Origin: a virus
Reading direction: 5' to 3' (one strand)
DNA: 64,000 bases
Virus record (IMG/VR): IMGVR_UViG_3300027970_000012
Span: 27,445 to 91,444 of that record
Shown: positions 26,964 through 36,452 of the stretch, piece after piece
Position numbering within the stretch: position 1 is the stretch's first letter
Layout of the letters: every line of letters starts with the position of its first letter
Notes under the pieces: generated by a model
Told to the model about the DNA's origin: nothing
The model's database searches: none
Seen by the model: only the letters and a program-made list of their open reading frames with translations
Made by a program: the position numbers and the translations under genes

Positions 26964-28211
26964 TTATCCCATATAAAATTCGGACGAAACATCTCCATAC
27001 TCATCTAAATTCCATACTTCCATCGGCATATTTTCTGTATTCGCCATCATCCAAACATCTCCAGTTTCTTTTTCAACTGTAATTTCATCATCATTCTCTA
27101 ATCCAGTATTAATAAATCCAAATGGAGCCATATCTTGTTCAATCTGCTCCTTCTGTTCAAGATACATTCTCTTACGAATGTCATTGTTGGTAATTTCTTT
27201 GAAGTATTCCTGAACAACTAACCAAGAGAAAATTACGATACACATACAAAGGTCATCATTCGTTCCAATTTCAGCTTGATATGAATTATTTTTGGATATG
27301 AATGTAGTTAACTCACTAATAATATCAAAGTCTTCAATGATAAGTTTATTGTCCTCAATGATGGTTTTCATATTAGAACAACCCACTCTCTTTACTTGCT
27401 TGGACATTTTGATTCCTAACTGTGAGGTCTTACCCGAAAATCCTTGTCCAACTAATTGTCCAGCTCTACCTCTCATAGAACACATTAGAAGATTTTCATA
27501 CTCAAGTTCATATTGTAAGTCTTTGGCTACTTGGTCTCCTACACTTGCGATTTCAATGAGAACATAAGCTTTGTTATATGAATTTGCTACCTTATAAATG
27601 ATATCTGGAAGAAGTAGTGGCTTAAGTTCATTATTTTTATACTTTGCAACAATCTTGTATGGAATATTTGTGATGTCGTATATGATGAATGCGTGATAAT
27701 CCTTACCCGTTCCTTCTGAAACGTCCACAGTCATAATGTAATTGTGTTCCTCTATAGGAGGTTCATACACATCAAGTCCTTCAGACCGAGTAATTGGGTC
27801 GTTGTATATTAGGTTTTGTAGTTTTGATGAGGTAATGAGCGTATCAACAGAACCTAGGAAACTACAGTTGTGTGATACTATATTGTTAGAATAATAAAGA
27901 TGGTCTTCTCCAGAGTTGACAATATCAAATAATTCTACTTCTTTCTTAATGGTTCGGTATGATTTGAGAAATGTTCCACCATTCTTGGTAAAAACTTCTG
28001 TTGTCTTATTTAAATTCTTAGCTTTGACAATACCATCTATTGTAGAGAGTGGATGGTCCAAAGAGCACTTGAGTTCATTTCCGTCTTCAAATATTAAATG
28101 AATATATTTGTTCTTCTTAATCTTATTGACGCCCAGAAAAGATTGAAATCCATTTGGAGTTGAGATTTTAATCTTTTTATGATTTAATACTATGGTTTCT
28201 GGAAGCTTCAT
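26964..28211 (-). CDS. gp17: Terminase large subunit C-terminal fragment fused to split intein C-half
   Basis: 115 aa IntC ending SHN, then CSFLGSVDTLI; RNase H-like VDVSEG..DY and NDDL motifs. Confidence 0.93.
   Translation of the reverse strand: MKLPETIVLNHKKIKISTPNGFQSFLGVNKIKKNKYIHLIFEDGNELKCSLDHPLSTIDGIVKAKNLNKTTEVFTKNGGTFLKSYRTIKKEVELFDIVNSGEDHLYYSNNIVSHNCSFLGSVDTLITSSKLQNLIYNDPITRSEGLDVYEPPIEEHNYIMTVDVSEGTGKDYHAFIIYDITNIPYKIVAKYKNNELKPLLLPDIIYKVANSYNKAYVLIEIASVGDQVAKDLQYELEYENLLMCSMRGRAGQLVGQGFSGKTSQLGIKMSKQVKRVGCSNMKTIIEDNKLIIEDFDIISELTTFISKNNSYQAEIGTNDDLCMCIVIFSWLVVQEYFKEITNNDIRKRMYLEQKEQIEQDMAPFGFINTGLENDDEITVEKETGDVWMMANTENMPMEVWNLDEYGDVSSEFYMG
27867..28211 (-). mobile_element. 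Atypically split intein, C-half (115 aa)
   Basis: IKISTPNGF, block B CSLDHP, block F LFDIVN, block G IVSHN|C. Confidence 0.9.
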
Positions 28212-28236
28212 TCAGTTAGGAACTTTATACATCTAT

Positions 28237-28356
28237 TTAATGTTTCTTGTTTATATGAGTTCTGGTCTTAAATCCATATTTTTCTGCTATTTGTTGATGA
28301 GTCATATTTAGATTATGATAATCAAATTCAATCTGTTCCTTGGTTGGATAGTTCAT
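28237..28356 (-). pseudogene. 39-codon stub of an HTH-bearing endonuclease-like gene between the split intein halves
   Basis: MNYPTKEQIEFDYHNLNMTHQQIAEKYGFKTRTHINKKH*. Confidence 0.55.
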
Positions 28357-28432
28357 TATAAAGTTCACCTATGGTGGTTTCAACTACAATACCATTAACC
28401 ATTATATTTATCAAGGTTTCAGGTAGGAACGA
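28328..28432 (-). mobile_element. Atypically split intein, N-half (34 aa, Ser1)
   Basis: QEFE|SFLPETLINIMVNGIVVETTIGELYNELSNQGTD*: block A and the TI.ELY helix only. Confidence 0.85.
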
Positions 28433-31400
28433 TTCAAATTCCTGATTCCATTGCTCTAAGCTCGTATTTGCGATACTTTGCTGCTTAAATTTCTCGTCTC
28501 TACCTGGAACCTCACTCCAATGAACCTCAGTTGGAACATATTCATTCTTACCACGTATGGCGTCATTCCAAAATCTATAAAAGGTATTCATTCCTTTAGG
28601 GGTTTGGTGGCCTAAAAAGTTGTTGTATAATACCGAGTGCGCCCAAGAATCATCAGCAATATCGGGTAGAGAAACATCAAAAACTTCATTCTCACTTAAT
28701 TTAATATCTTTAATTTCTAACCAAATCATATTTTCGTTCACATTATCATCAAAGAATCTTTTAATATTTTCATTAGAGCATAACTCTTCTTTATTTTCTA
28801 ATAGAAGTTGTCTAGAATAATTTTTAAATTCCTTATGCCTTCTTCCCAATGAAGGCATTCCATTTTCAGCTAGAATTACTGCAGAATTTGGAATAATATC
28901 GGTTCTACTTCCAACTCTAGTTGAAGCTTTCAATAGATTGATTCTTTCTAATTTTCTTGGTAGAGAGAACCCAATTTGAGAGAAATATTCAAATGCATAT
29001 TTACCGACTATTTCAATATCAAAATGAGTTGAACTAACTTTAACTCTTTCTGAAGGTCCAGAAGTAGCTATATAAATGCTACCTAGTATGCCCATATTAG
29101 CTAATAATAATTGAACTTGACGAATTAACTCTCTTGAAGTTGAAGTATATTTAACTCTTCCTTTATTATCAATACCTCCATCACCATCAAACATCCCTCT
29201 TAATAGAGCTGTAATGTTAGATTTAGACCAGGACAACACTTTATCTGGCAGTGTTTTTACTCCAGCTTTATTTGTAATATCAAATCCTAGTTCTTTAAGA
29301 AAATCTACAAGTTGCTTTGAATTGATGACATAATGTACATCATCAATCTTTTTATATGGAACATTTAGAGTATTCAAACAATATGAAATATCGTCACCAC
29401 AACTGATTACAATTTGTCCACCAGTAATATTGTGAGTATTCTTGGATACACAGTCTCGCGCATATCCCTCTGCAACATAAAGCCCGACAAAATATGCAAT
29501 GTCTTCAGTTATATAATCACAACAAAATGTGTCAATACATTTTCCCTGTTCTGGATGAAATCCGATGTAATCTTCATTTCCAAAAACTTGATGATTATAT
29601 TTTATGGCTAAATAATCGCCTACTTTTAGATGTTTACTCTCTACGTAATTATACTCATTGTTGTGAAACGCCCAAAGTTTATGAGTTTGAGAGCATTCTA
29701 ATGTTTCATACCGAGTGGTTATAATATTTGTAGAAGAAGCTTGATGATTAACAATAATATCACTGGTATAGAACTTATTCTTACCCATTACAGTATACTC
29801 TGGAACTTGATAAGCACCTGTTTTGGAGATATCAATAAGCCTCTCAATTTTTCTGTATCCTTTATTTGTAAGAAGATAGGTATCTTTTGATACACAAGAA
29901 ACCATAATTACCTTGGTGTACTTACCAGAAGTAATCGTAGGATATACAGAACTAAAAAACTCGTCTGCAATTTGATTCGGAATGAACGCAAATTCGTCCA
30001 GGAAGATTACATTATATGAACCTCCTCGGACGGCAGAACCAGAAGTAGAAGATGCAATAATTTTTGAACCATTGTCCAGTTCTAGAGAAGCCTTATTCCA
30101 AATCTTAACTCCATGTTGCATCCATTTGGGTAGATTCTCATAGGCAAGCTTTAGTCTACCTAAAATATCTTTTGCAGTTTGAGCTTTGTTAGCTAGAATG
30201 GCGACATTAACATTATCATTGAATATGATATAGTGAAGTAGATATGAGATAGCTGTAGTCGTATTATGAGTAGGAATGAATGTTCTTCCACATAGAAATA
30301 AGTGAGTTTCACTATCTACTTGAATACACGCTACAGGAACACTCTCCACTTTTTCTATATTTTGTATATAATGTCTGGTATTCTGTGGCCTACTTTTTCT
30401 CTCAAAATTTATTAAATTTAATTTTCTTGGAAGATTGAAAATACACTCCTTACTAGCAAATCTGATGGTATAGTACCAACATTGATTAATGAGTCTTCTA
30501 CTTACTCTAGACTTTATTCCTAATGTAGCTAATAGTTCAACAACCTGAAGAATAAGCTCATAATTTTTTTGATAAAATTCAAATGATTGAGTTTTTGTAA
30601 TTGACCCATCAGAATCCATCAGTCCTCTCAACAATTCCAATCTCTGGTCTACTGATGCTCGTAGATATTCTTGAGGAATATGTTTATTTTTCAATAAACT
30701 ATTTTCTTCCAATTCTTTATTTAACCCACGACACTTGAACCGAATACAATTCTTATAGACTGTCTCCTGTTCAACATCAATTTTAGTTTTATAAAATTCA
30801 TAATCATCTTTATGGGCAACGATTCTCCCCTCGTGAGACGAACCATCACCTAACCAAAGACCAAGAAGATATGGGTCTATTGGTAAATCTTTGGGAGTTC
30901 CGACCATTGGTTTGGAGCATTCAATATAAAATGCGCCAGCCACACCTTTTCCTCTTTTGTTGTTGGCTTTTTCAGAGTATCTTAAATACATTTCATTTGT
31001 ATTGATAACTCTCTTTCCAGCAGTCCAATAAGAACTATTTACTTCCCACAGATGTTCTGCATCGGCAATAATTTCTTCACCATTATCAAAGTATATTTTA
31101 TAACATTGATGATTTAACATCGTTTCTGTTTTAAATGTTACAGAAACTGGATTCCCATTTGGAGCAAGTACCCTATCTCCGACCTGGATATCCCCAATTG
31201 TAGTCCATCCTTCAGGAGTTGGTATTGGAGTATCTAACGATAATGGCTTACCAACCTGGCGTGGTAATTTACAAATATTGAATCTATGTTGATGAAACTT
31301 CTTAATGAGTTTCTCTTGAAACTTATATAATTTAAATGGAATGAGACCTTCATCAAGGCTCACAATTTTAATATAATTTCTTGCAAAATATACTGGGTCC

Positions 31401-31507
31401 TTCTTACACTTAATGAACTCCTGAATATTTTCTGCAGTGAATTCAATGGATATATTTGCTCTCTTTAGAAGAGGATTACCAGAGTAAATTTCATTGGCGG
31501 CAGCCAT
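28328..31507 (-). CDS. gp17: Terminase large subunit N-terminal fragment with two cis inteins and a split intein N-half
   Basis: PRQVGK|TT Walker A, IFLDEFAF Walker B, VS|TPKG motif, QEFE. Confidence 0.95.
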   Translation of the reverse strand: MAAANEIYSGNPLLKRANISIEFTAENIQEFIKCKKDPVYFARNYIKIVSLDEGLIPFKLYKFQEKLIKKFHQHRFNICKLPRQVGKPLSLDTPIPTPEGWTTIGDIQVGDRVLAPNGNPVSVTFKTETMLNHQCYKIYFDNGEEIIADAEHLWEVNSSYWTAGKRVINTNEMYLRYSEKANNKRGKGVAGAFYIECSKPMVGTPKDLPIDPYLLGLWLGDGSSHEGRIVAHKDDYEFYKTKIDVEQETVYKNCIRFKCRGLNKELEENSLLKNKHIPQEYLRASVDQRLELLRGLMDSDGSITKTQSFEFYQKNYELILQVVELLATLGIKSRVSRRLINQCWYYTIRFASKECIFNLPRKLNLINFERKSRPQNTRHYIQNIEKVESVPVACIQVDSETHLFLCGRTFIPTHNTTTAISYLLHYIIFNDNVNVAILANKAQTAKDILGRLKLAYENLPKWMQHGVKIWNKASLELDNGSKIIASSTSGSAVRGGSYNVIFLDEFAFIPNQIADEFFSSVYPTITSGKYTKVIMVSCVSKDTYLLTNKGYRKIERLIDISKTGAYQVPEYTVMGKNKFYTSDIIVNHQASSTNIITTRYETLECSQTHKLWAFHNNEYNYVESKHLKVGDYLAIKYNHQVFGNEDYIGFHPEQGKCIDTFCCDYITEDIAYFVGLYVAEGYARDCVSKNTHNITGGQIVISCGDDISYCLNTLNVPYKKIDDVHYVINSKQLVDFLKELGFDITNKAGVKTLPDKVLSWSKSNITALLRGMFDGDGGIDNKGRVKYTSTSRELIRQVQLLLANMGILGSIYIATSGPSERVKVSSTHFDIEIVGKYAFEYFSQIGFSLPRKLERINLLKASTRVGSRTDIIPNSAVILAENGMPSLGRRHKEFKNYSRQLLLENKEELCSNENIKRFFDDNVNENMIWLEIKDIKLSENEVFDVSLPDIADDSWAHSVLYNNFLGHQTPKGMNTFYRFWNDAIRGKNEYVPTEVHWSEVPGRDEKFKQQSIANTSLEQWNQEFESFLPETLINIMVNGIVVETTIGELYNELSNQGTD
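28604..29896 (-). mobile_element. Intein with LAGLIDADG endonuclease and C-terminal Gln (431 aa)
   Basis: IMVS|CVSKDT...GLYVAEG...LRGMFDGDG...NNFLGHQ|TPKG. Confidence 0.92.
30263..31246 (-). mobile_element. Class 3 intein with LAGLIDADG endonuclease (328 aa)
   Basis: GK|PLSLDT (Pro1); WCT signature in ADAEHLW, VACIQV, PTHN|T; LGLWLGDG and LRGLMDSDG. Confidence 0.92.
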
Positions 31508-31513
31508 AATACT

Positions 31514-31690
31514 TTATATTGGTTTGATACTACTCATTGTCTCTAGAGTAGATAGGTGCAACTTTATATAGGATTTGAATAAAGACTTCAATGTGTCTAC
31601 ATTTTCGCATTTATCAATCTCTCTACACAGACAGATAAATTCAAATTGCTTACTCAAATCTTTTAATTCAATTCCATCAGAATTCGGCAT
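31514..31690 (-). CDS. nblA: NblA-like phycobilisome degradation adaptor, not in the ORF track
   Basis: 58 aa MPNSDGIELKDLSKQFEFICLCREIDKCENVDTLKSLFKSYIKLHLSTLETMSSIKPI; L..LSKQFE...REID helix-loop-helix pattern; TGATG coupling. Confidence 0.6.
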   Translation of the reverse strand: MPNSDGIELKDLSKQFEFICLCREIDKCENVDTLKSLFKSYIKLHLSTLETMSSIKPI

Positions 31691-32157
31691 CAAGTATCTC
31701 CATATAAAAATAAGGGTTTCGTGGGGTCGTGTTCACTTGGACTGAACTTCAATACTCTTGCTTCAGGGTATATCTTATTAATTTGATGAGACATTTCTGC
31801 TTTAGTAGGTCTAGAAAATCCAGAAACAAAAATTTGAAGAGTCCTAGGAATTCCTCTCCAAGTAAACAGTATATGATAAGTGTTTCCAGTTTTCTGTAGC
31901 CGTGTATACGATTCTGACATAGGAGATTCTATTGTTTCTAATTTATCATAATAATTTGGAATTTCATCTACATGTTGAGCAGCTATTGTGAGTGCTAATC
32001 TATTGTTGGTAGTATGCTCTTTTTCAATCTTATGTCCTTTATTTAGTTGTTTTTGAATAAATTTTACGGACACCCCATACTTTTTAGCCAATTGCTCAGG
32101 AGTTTTTGATGATTTTATTGAGCGTAAAATCTTTGAAAGTTCTTTGTATGATTTCAT
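31690..32157 (-). CDS. Hypothetical virion-associated protein (DUF5661-like)
   Basis: QL.KG.KIEKEHT...IA.QH..E.P.YY.KL. Confidence 0.65.
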   Translation of the reverse strand: MKSYKELSKILRSIKSSKTPEQLAKKYGVSVKFIQKQLNKGHKIEKEHTTNNRLALTIAAQHVDEIPNYYDKLETIESPMSESYTRLQKTGNTYHILFTWRGIPRTLQIFVSGFSRPTKAEMSHQINKIYPEARVLKFSPSEHDPTKPLFLYGDT

Positions 32158-32576
32158 TTCATGCTTTCCTTCAGGAACTTCTGTAGTTCTGCAGTAGAAC
32201 CCACAAAAAGAGCATTCGTGGTATTCTGAGTAACTTTAGTAGTAGATTCTTCTTTTATTTTCTTGAGTTTTTGCTGATTGTCCAACAGCTTATCAGACAA
32301 ATCTCCAACAGTTTTGAGTAGCTGCCCGACGACTTCAAAATCTCTAGCTTTTTCAGATTCAATTGCAGTATTCAACATTTCATATGTTGCAATCGTTCCT
32401 AATTCAATCAATTCGTGAATTGTAGTTCTCGCTGAAGAACTATCTCCATCGTGAATTTCAGGAGTAATCTTTAGTGGAATGGATTTCTTTGGTCTCTTGA
32501 CAATAGTTTTCTGAGACTCCTCTCTTTCAACCTCAATGCCTAGTGCATCATCTATGGGGGAAAAGCTGTCCATCAT
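32154..32576 (-). CDS. gp16: Terminase small subunit
   Basis: R.FEV.GQLLK, NALFVGSTAELQK. Confidence 0.92.
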   Translation of the reverse strand: MMDSFSPIDDALGIEVEREESQKTIVKRPKKSIPLKITPEIHDGDSSSARTTIHELIELGTIATYEMLNTAIESEKARDFEVVGQLLKTVGDLSDKLLDNQQKLKKIKEESTTKVTQNTTNALFVGSTAELQKFLKESMK

Positions 32577-33628
32577 ATGTCTACTCCTTTTCTAGGACTA
32601 TATATGAGCCCATCACCAAAATCAAAAGTTTCCTCATTGAAATCATACTCATCTTCCAGAGGAATCAGAGCATCATCCTCTGTATTGATAACATTAATCA
32701 CATCTCCTTCCTCGTGGTCAGATGAAGTCGTGTTATTTTGTGCTCGTGTTACGGTAAGAGAATTTCCATCTATATTCGTGATATACATAACTTCATTATT
32801 CAGTTGAATATAGGTATTCAATGCAAGAAAAGTTGCATCTGAAACTGTGAATTTTGTAATTTTAGAAGTAATATTCTGTGAAATATTGGTAGTTTCATCC
32901 GAATTGTAATCTTGAATTGCTTTGGGCGTGACTACATATCTTCTTTGACGAGAGGCATTGATTCTATTTGTATCGGTATAATAATCAACTTGAACTTTTT
33001 TGATGACATTTCCAGTATCATCCGTATCAATAGGACCAAAGAAATATATTTTAGCAATAAAGTTTAGTGTGGTTTGTATAAATCTTCTGGTTGTGAAATC
33101 ACCTTCATAGTCATCCTCAAATTGTGAGACACTATTTAATACCAATGGAACATCTCTTGTCTCACCTATAGAGGAAGCCAACTTTACGGTTAAATTGAAT
33201 TCTGGTCTGAAGTAAGGAAGAATCTGTTCTATAATTTGAAACATATCATCATTATACTTGGTTGCAATACTCAATTCAAACGGCAGATTATATGGAATGG
33301 GCATATAAATTTGCTTTGGATTATGATTTGGTCCTACCGTAGTATTGAAAGTTTGAAGAGTGGAAGACTTTCTGGAGGCATCATATTGCAACTGTCCAAT
33401 TTCAAAGGACATTCTAGGTAATGTAATTGCAACACGATTTCTAAAATCAGGCTTCTGCTCTAATCTCGCAAGAAATTTCTGAATTGGCCCATAGGCAATG
33501 GGAACTTTAATATAGCTAAAATCTTCGTTTTCACCATCTTGATGCCGAATATAGATATCATTAAATAATGTTCCGAATGCAGCGGAAGTTCTTCTTATGA
33601 TTTCGTGATAGTAGAAATTTCCAGTCAT
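32573..33628 (-). CDS. gp15: Tail sheath stabiliser / completion protein
   Basis: FGTLFNDI, VPIAYGP.QKFLAR, TLPRMSFE, EQILPYF. Confidence 0.93.
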   Translation of the reverse strand: MTGNFYYHEIIRRTSAAFGTLFNDIYIRHQDGENEDFSYIKVPIAYGPIQKFLARLEQKPDFRNRVAITLPRMSFEIGQLQYDASRKSSTLQTFNTTVGPNHNPKQIYMPIPYNLPFELSIATKYNDDMFQIIEQILPYFRPEFNLTVKLASSIGETRDVPLVLNSVSQFEDDYEGDFTTRRFIQTTLNFIAKIYFFGPIDTDDTGNVIKKVQVDYYTDTNRINASRQRRYVVTPKAIQDYNSDETTNISQNITSKITKFTVSDATFLALNTYIQLNNEVMYITNIDGNSLTVTRAQNNTTSSDHEEGDVINVINTEDDALIPLEDEYDFNEETFDFGDGLIYSPRKGVDI

Positions 33629-33652
33629 AATAGCTACACGCCCACATTATAT

Positions 33653-35032
33653 TTAGAAAATACCGAAAGGATTGCTTTCCGTGAAGTCTAGAATTGTATC
33701 TGACTCAGTTTGAATCTCCTCATTTGAGGCAAATGCATCATCTACATCAAATGCATCTACTGAATATAAATTGTAATTTGCCTCACTTCCAGATATAATT
33801 TCTCCGATAGCAAAGTTTCCATTTAGAATTCCAACTTTAAGAATACGACTAGTGTAATTCCAATCTTTCACATAAGCACTTGTTCCACTGGATACTCCAC
33901 GAATAATTTCATTGTAAATATAATTTCCTTCTGAGATTGAATCTGGAGGAGCAATTGTAATTGCTGGTGAGGCAGTATATCCAGAGCCTGCATTTATATA
34001 TCGCAGTTGAGAAATTTGACCTGATGAATTTCTGACCGCAACAATTTGAGCATTATTTCCAGTTGGAGAGGATGTGACTCCAACAGATGGAGCTGTGGAA
34101 TATTGATTTCCAGAATTACCAATAGAGATTGGTCCAGGTATTCCTGTGGAGATAATTGTGGTGGCTATGAATCCAGAACCAGAAGTAGATGCTATGGAAA
34201 TTTTTGGAGGAATCGTATATCCAATTCCTGGATTGATAATTAAAATCTTATCTATGGTAGACTCAAAATTCTTTGAGGTCATAATAGCTACAGCAGTAGC
34301 TCGTTCTCCTACTGTTGGTTTCTGTATGGTAATGGTTGGTGTGGACTTATATCCATATCCACCATTTAGAATATCAACATACGATACCGATTTACCCGAA
34401 GGAATACTATACTGAATTGCAGCTAATTCTACTGCAGCAGTCGCTGATGCTGCAGTAGAATCCATCATTCTTAATGTTGTAGTGTATCCAAAATCTTTAA
34501 TTGTTTCATCCACTTCTATAATACCAGTATCAATAATCTCATCTTCATATTCAAATAGCTCACATTTAAATTCAAATACATATAAATTATTCAACTGATA
34601 GAACGGTGATTTTGGCTCAACAAATTTGATTTCAAATAATGCATTATCTAAAGGAAAATAAATCAAATCACCTTCTTGTGGCCTGGTGGTTAATTTTATA
34701 TTGTCTTCATTTGTTATAAATGGTAGTATAAAAGTTTCAAATCTTTCTTTAGATATCACCAGAGTAATTTCATCTGTACTACGAATTCCAAATTTGGAAA
34801 GAATATCACCTTGACCGCCAAATCCATCAGTAGTTTTTAAGTATGCCTCTAAATGAAAGCCTTCATCAAATTTCGATACTAAAAGTTCTTTAATAATTTG
34901 CTTTTCAGTAATAAACTTTCTCGGCATATAGATTATATCTAATCCAAACATATCAATTTGTTCATTCACTAAACTTTGAAGTAGCTTTTGCTCGGAATTT
35001 GTTCCGTGCATAAAATATGGATTTAGAGGCAT
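33653..35032 (-). CDS. gp14: Neck protein
   Basis: LNPYF..G, LSKFGI, RPQEGDLIYFP, LDFTESNPFG. Confidence 0.93.
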   Translation of the reverse strand: MPLNPYFMHGTNSEQKLLQSLVNEQIDMFGLDIIYMPRKFITEKQIIKELLVSKFDEGFHLEAYLKTTDGFGGQGDILSKFGIRSTDEITLVISKERFETFILPFITNEDNIKLTTRPQEGDLIYFPLDNALFEIKFVEPKSPFYQLNNLYVFEFKCELFEYEDEIIDTGIIEVDETIKDFGYTTTLRMMDSTAASATAAVELAAIQYSIPSGKSVSYVDILNGGYGYKSTPTITIQKPTVGERATAVAIMTSKNFESTIDKILIINPGIGYTIPPKISIASTSGSGFIATTIISTGIPGPISIGNSGNQYSTAPSVGVTSSPTGNNAQIVAVRNSSGQISQLRYINAGSGYTASPAITIAPPDSISEGNYIYNEIIRGVSSGTSAYVKDWNYTSRILKVGILNGNFAIGEIISGSEANYNLYSVDAFDVDDAFASNEEIQTESDTILDFTESNPFGIF

Positions 35033-35038
35033 ATTGAA

Positions 35039-35854
35039 TTATCCAGTTAGCCCCATTGGAGGAAGTTCGTATTCATCTCTGAGTTGACGTTCAATTTCTT
35101 CTAATTCTTTTTCTCCATCAGCATATATTTTCTCACCATTCATAGTAATACCTCCTGCTAATACTGCATTATTAAATTTCGTAATGTTTTGTCCCCATTG
35201 CTTCTTAATAGATGCGGATAGATATCTCTTTAACCAATAATCGTTATATACGGCTGGATAATTTGATGGGTCTACTATTCTATAGCAGTCTATAATTAAA
35301 TATGAGTCATTTGAAACTCTAGCCCAGTTAATATCTAGATATAGTCTATGTTGTTTTTTATTGAATCTAAGCTGAACATCTGGTGTTAATGTATAATTAA
35401 TCTCTGCAAGATACTGCTTGGTCATAGAGTAATTCAAAATATCTATGGACCCCTGATAATATAAATCATTTAAGAACATCTGATAGACGATATTAAACAT
35501 TCCTCCAGAAACTGTAGAGGAGTCCAGTTTAAATACCATATTTACTCCCACTACACTATCTGGAAGTGGAATGAAATTCTGTGGTTCCTCTAAAATTGCT
35601 GTAGTTACACCAGAAGAAGAGCCACCAGTTGTATATGCTGGTTGATTTTGTATGATATTTAATTCATTTGCTGTGAGTTTATGCTTTAAAAATACTCTTT
35701 CTATTCCATCAAAATGCCGTTCATAGAAATACTGAAGCGCATCATCAAGTCGGTCATTTAGTTGGTCTTCATCTACGTTAACTTCCAATACGGGAGCGCC
35801 AAGCTTTCGTAGGCAATAATCTAATAATTCTTTTCTAGAAGAGGGTTGAGACAT
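35039..35854 (-). CDS. gp13: Neck protein
   Basis: YCLRKLGAPVLEVNVD, WLKRY..A.IKKQWGQN. Confidence 0.94.
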   Translation of the reverse strand: MSQPSSRKELLDYCLRKLGAPVLEVNVDEDQLNDRLDDALQYFYERHFDGIERVFLKHKLTANELNIIQNQPAYTTGGSSSGVTTAILEEPQNFIPLPDSVVGVNMVFKLDSSTVSGGMFNIVYQMFLNDLYYQGSIDILNYSMTKQYLAEINYTLTPDVQLRFNKKQHRLYLDINWARVSNDSYLIIDCYRIVDPSNYPAVYNDYWLKRYLSASIKKQWGQNITKFNNAVLAGGITMNGEKIYADGEKELEEIERQLRDEYELPPMGLTG

Positions 35855-35875
35855 TATAGTGAATATATGTGAATT

Positions 35876-36229
35876 TTAATTGAATGCCGAAGTAGTGATT
35901 CCAGCCGTTAATATAGCACTTCCTTCATAAACTCTTTTTTGAGTAGTACCGACTCCAACAAGAACATCATAAACATATCTGCCAGGAGTTAAGTAGGAAT
36001 TTACTGGTGCTCCTAATCCTAGTTGTAATATTCCTTCTGTATGATTAACAATTCCTACTGTAAAATTTGCAGTAATATTTAGAGACTGTGGATGTTTTTT
36101 GAGACTCGCCCGAGCAGAATATCCAGTTAGGTTGAATGGTATATTACTACCCGAGATTTTAATGGGTGGAAAGACCTCCACATAGTCTGAACCAATGGGA
36201 ATGGTTATATTTTTAACATATATTGCCAT
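35876..36229 (-). CDS. Small virion structural protein
   Basis: NLTGYS, LTPGRYVYDVL, RVYEG. Confidence 0.7.
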   Translation of the reverse strand: MAIYVKNITIPIGSDYVEVFPPIKISGSNIPFNLTGYSARASLKKHPQSLNITANFTVGIVNHTEGILQLGLGAPVNSYLTPGRYVYDVLVGVGTTQKRVYEGSAILTAGITTSAFN

Positions 36230-36251
36230 TGTTTTAACCGACGATTATAAG

Positions 36252-36452
36252 TTATTTAGTTCCATTAATTAATTCCGCTACAAGCTTCTTTAATTCTGAA
36301 ATCTCAGATTTCACTTGTTCTAATTCTCTCTTTTCATTGATTCGGGTTTCTTTAAATCTTAAATATTCTGAATACTGATTTTCATTGCAATTTATAATTG
36401 CTCCAGTTGCCTCATCTCGGTATAATCCAGAATGACCCTCTACTGGTATCAT
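36252..36452 (-). CDS. Conserved cyanomyophage hypothetical protein
   Basis: VEGH..LYRD..TGAIIN plus coiled coil. Confidence 0.75.
   Translation of the reverse strand: MIPVEGHSGLYRDEATGAIINCNENQYSEYLRFKETRINEKRELEQVKSEISELKKLVAELINGTK

Noticed and set aside
28212-28327. gp17 break as a frameshift error or group I intron
   Set aside because: The break is flanked by complementary intein halves and has no group I core motifs
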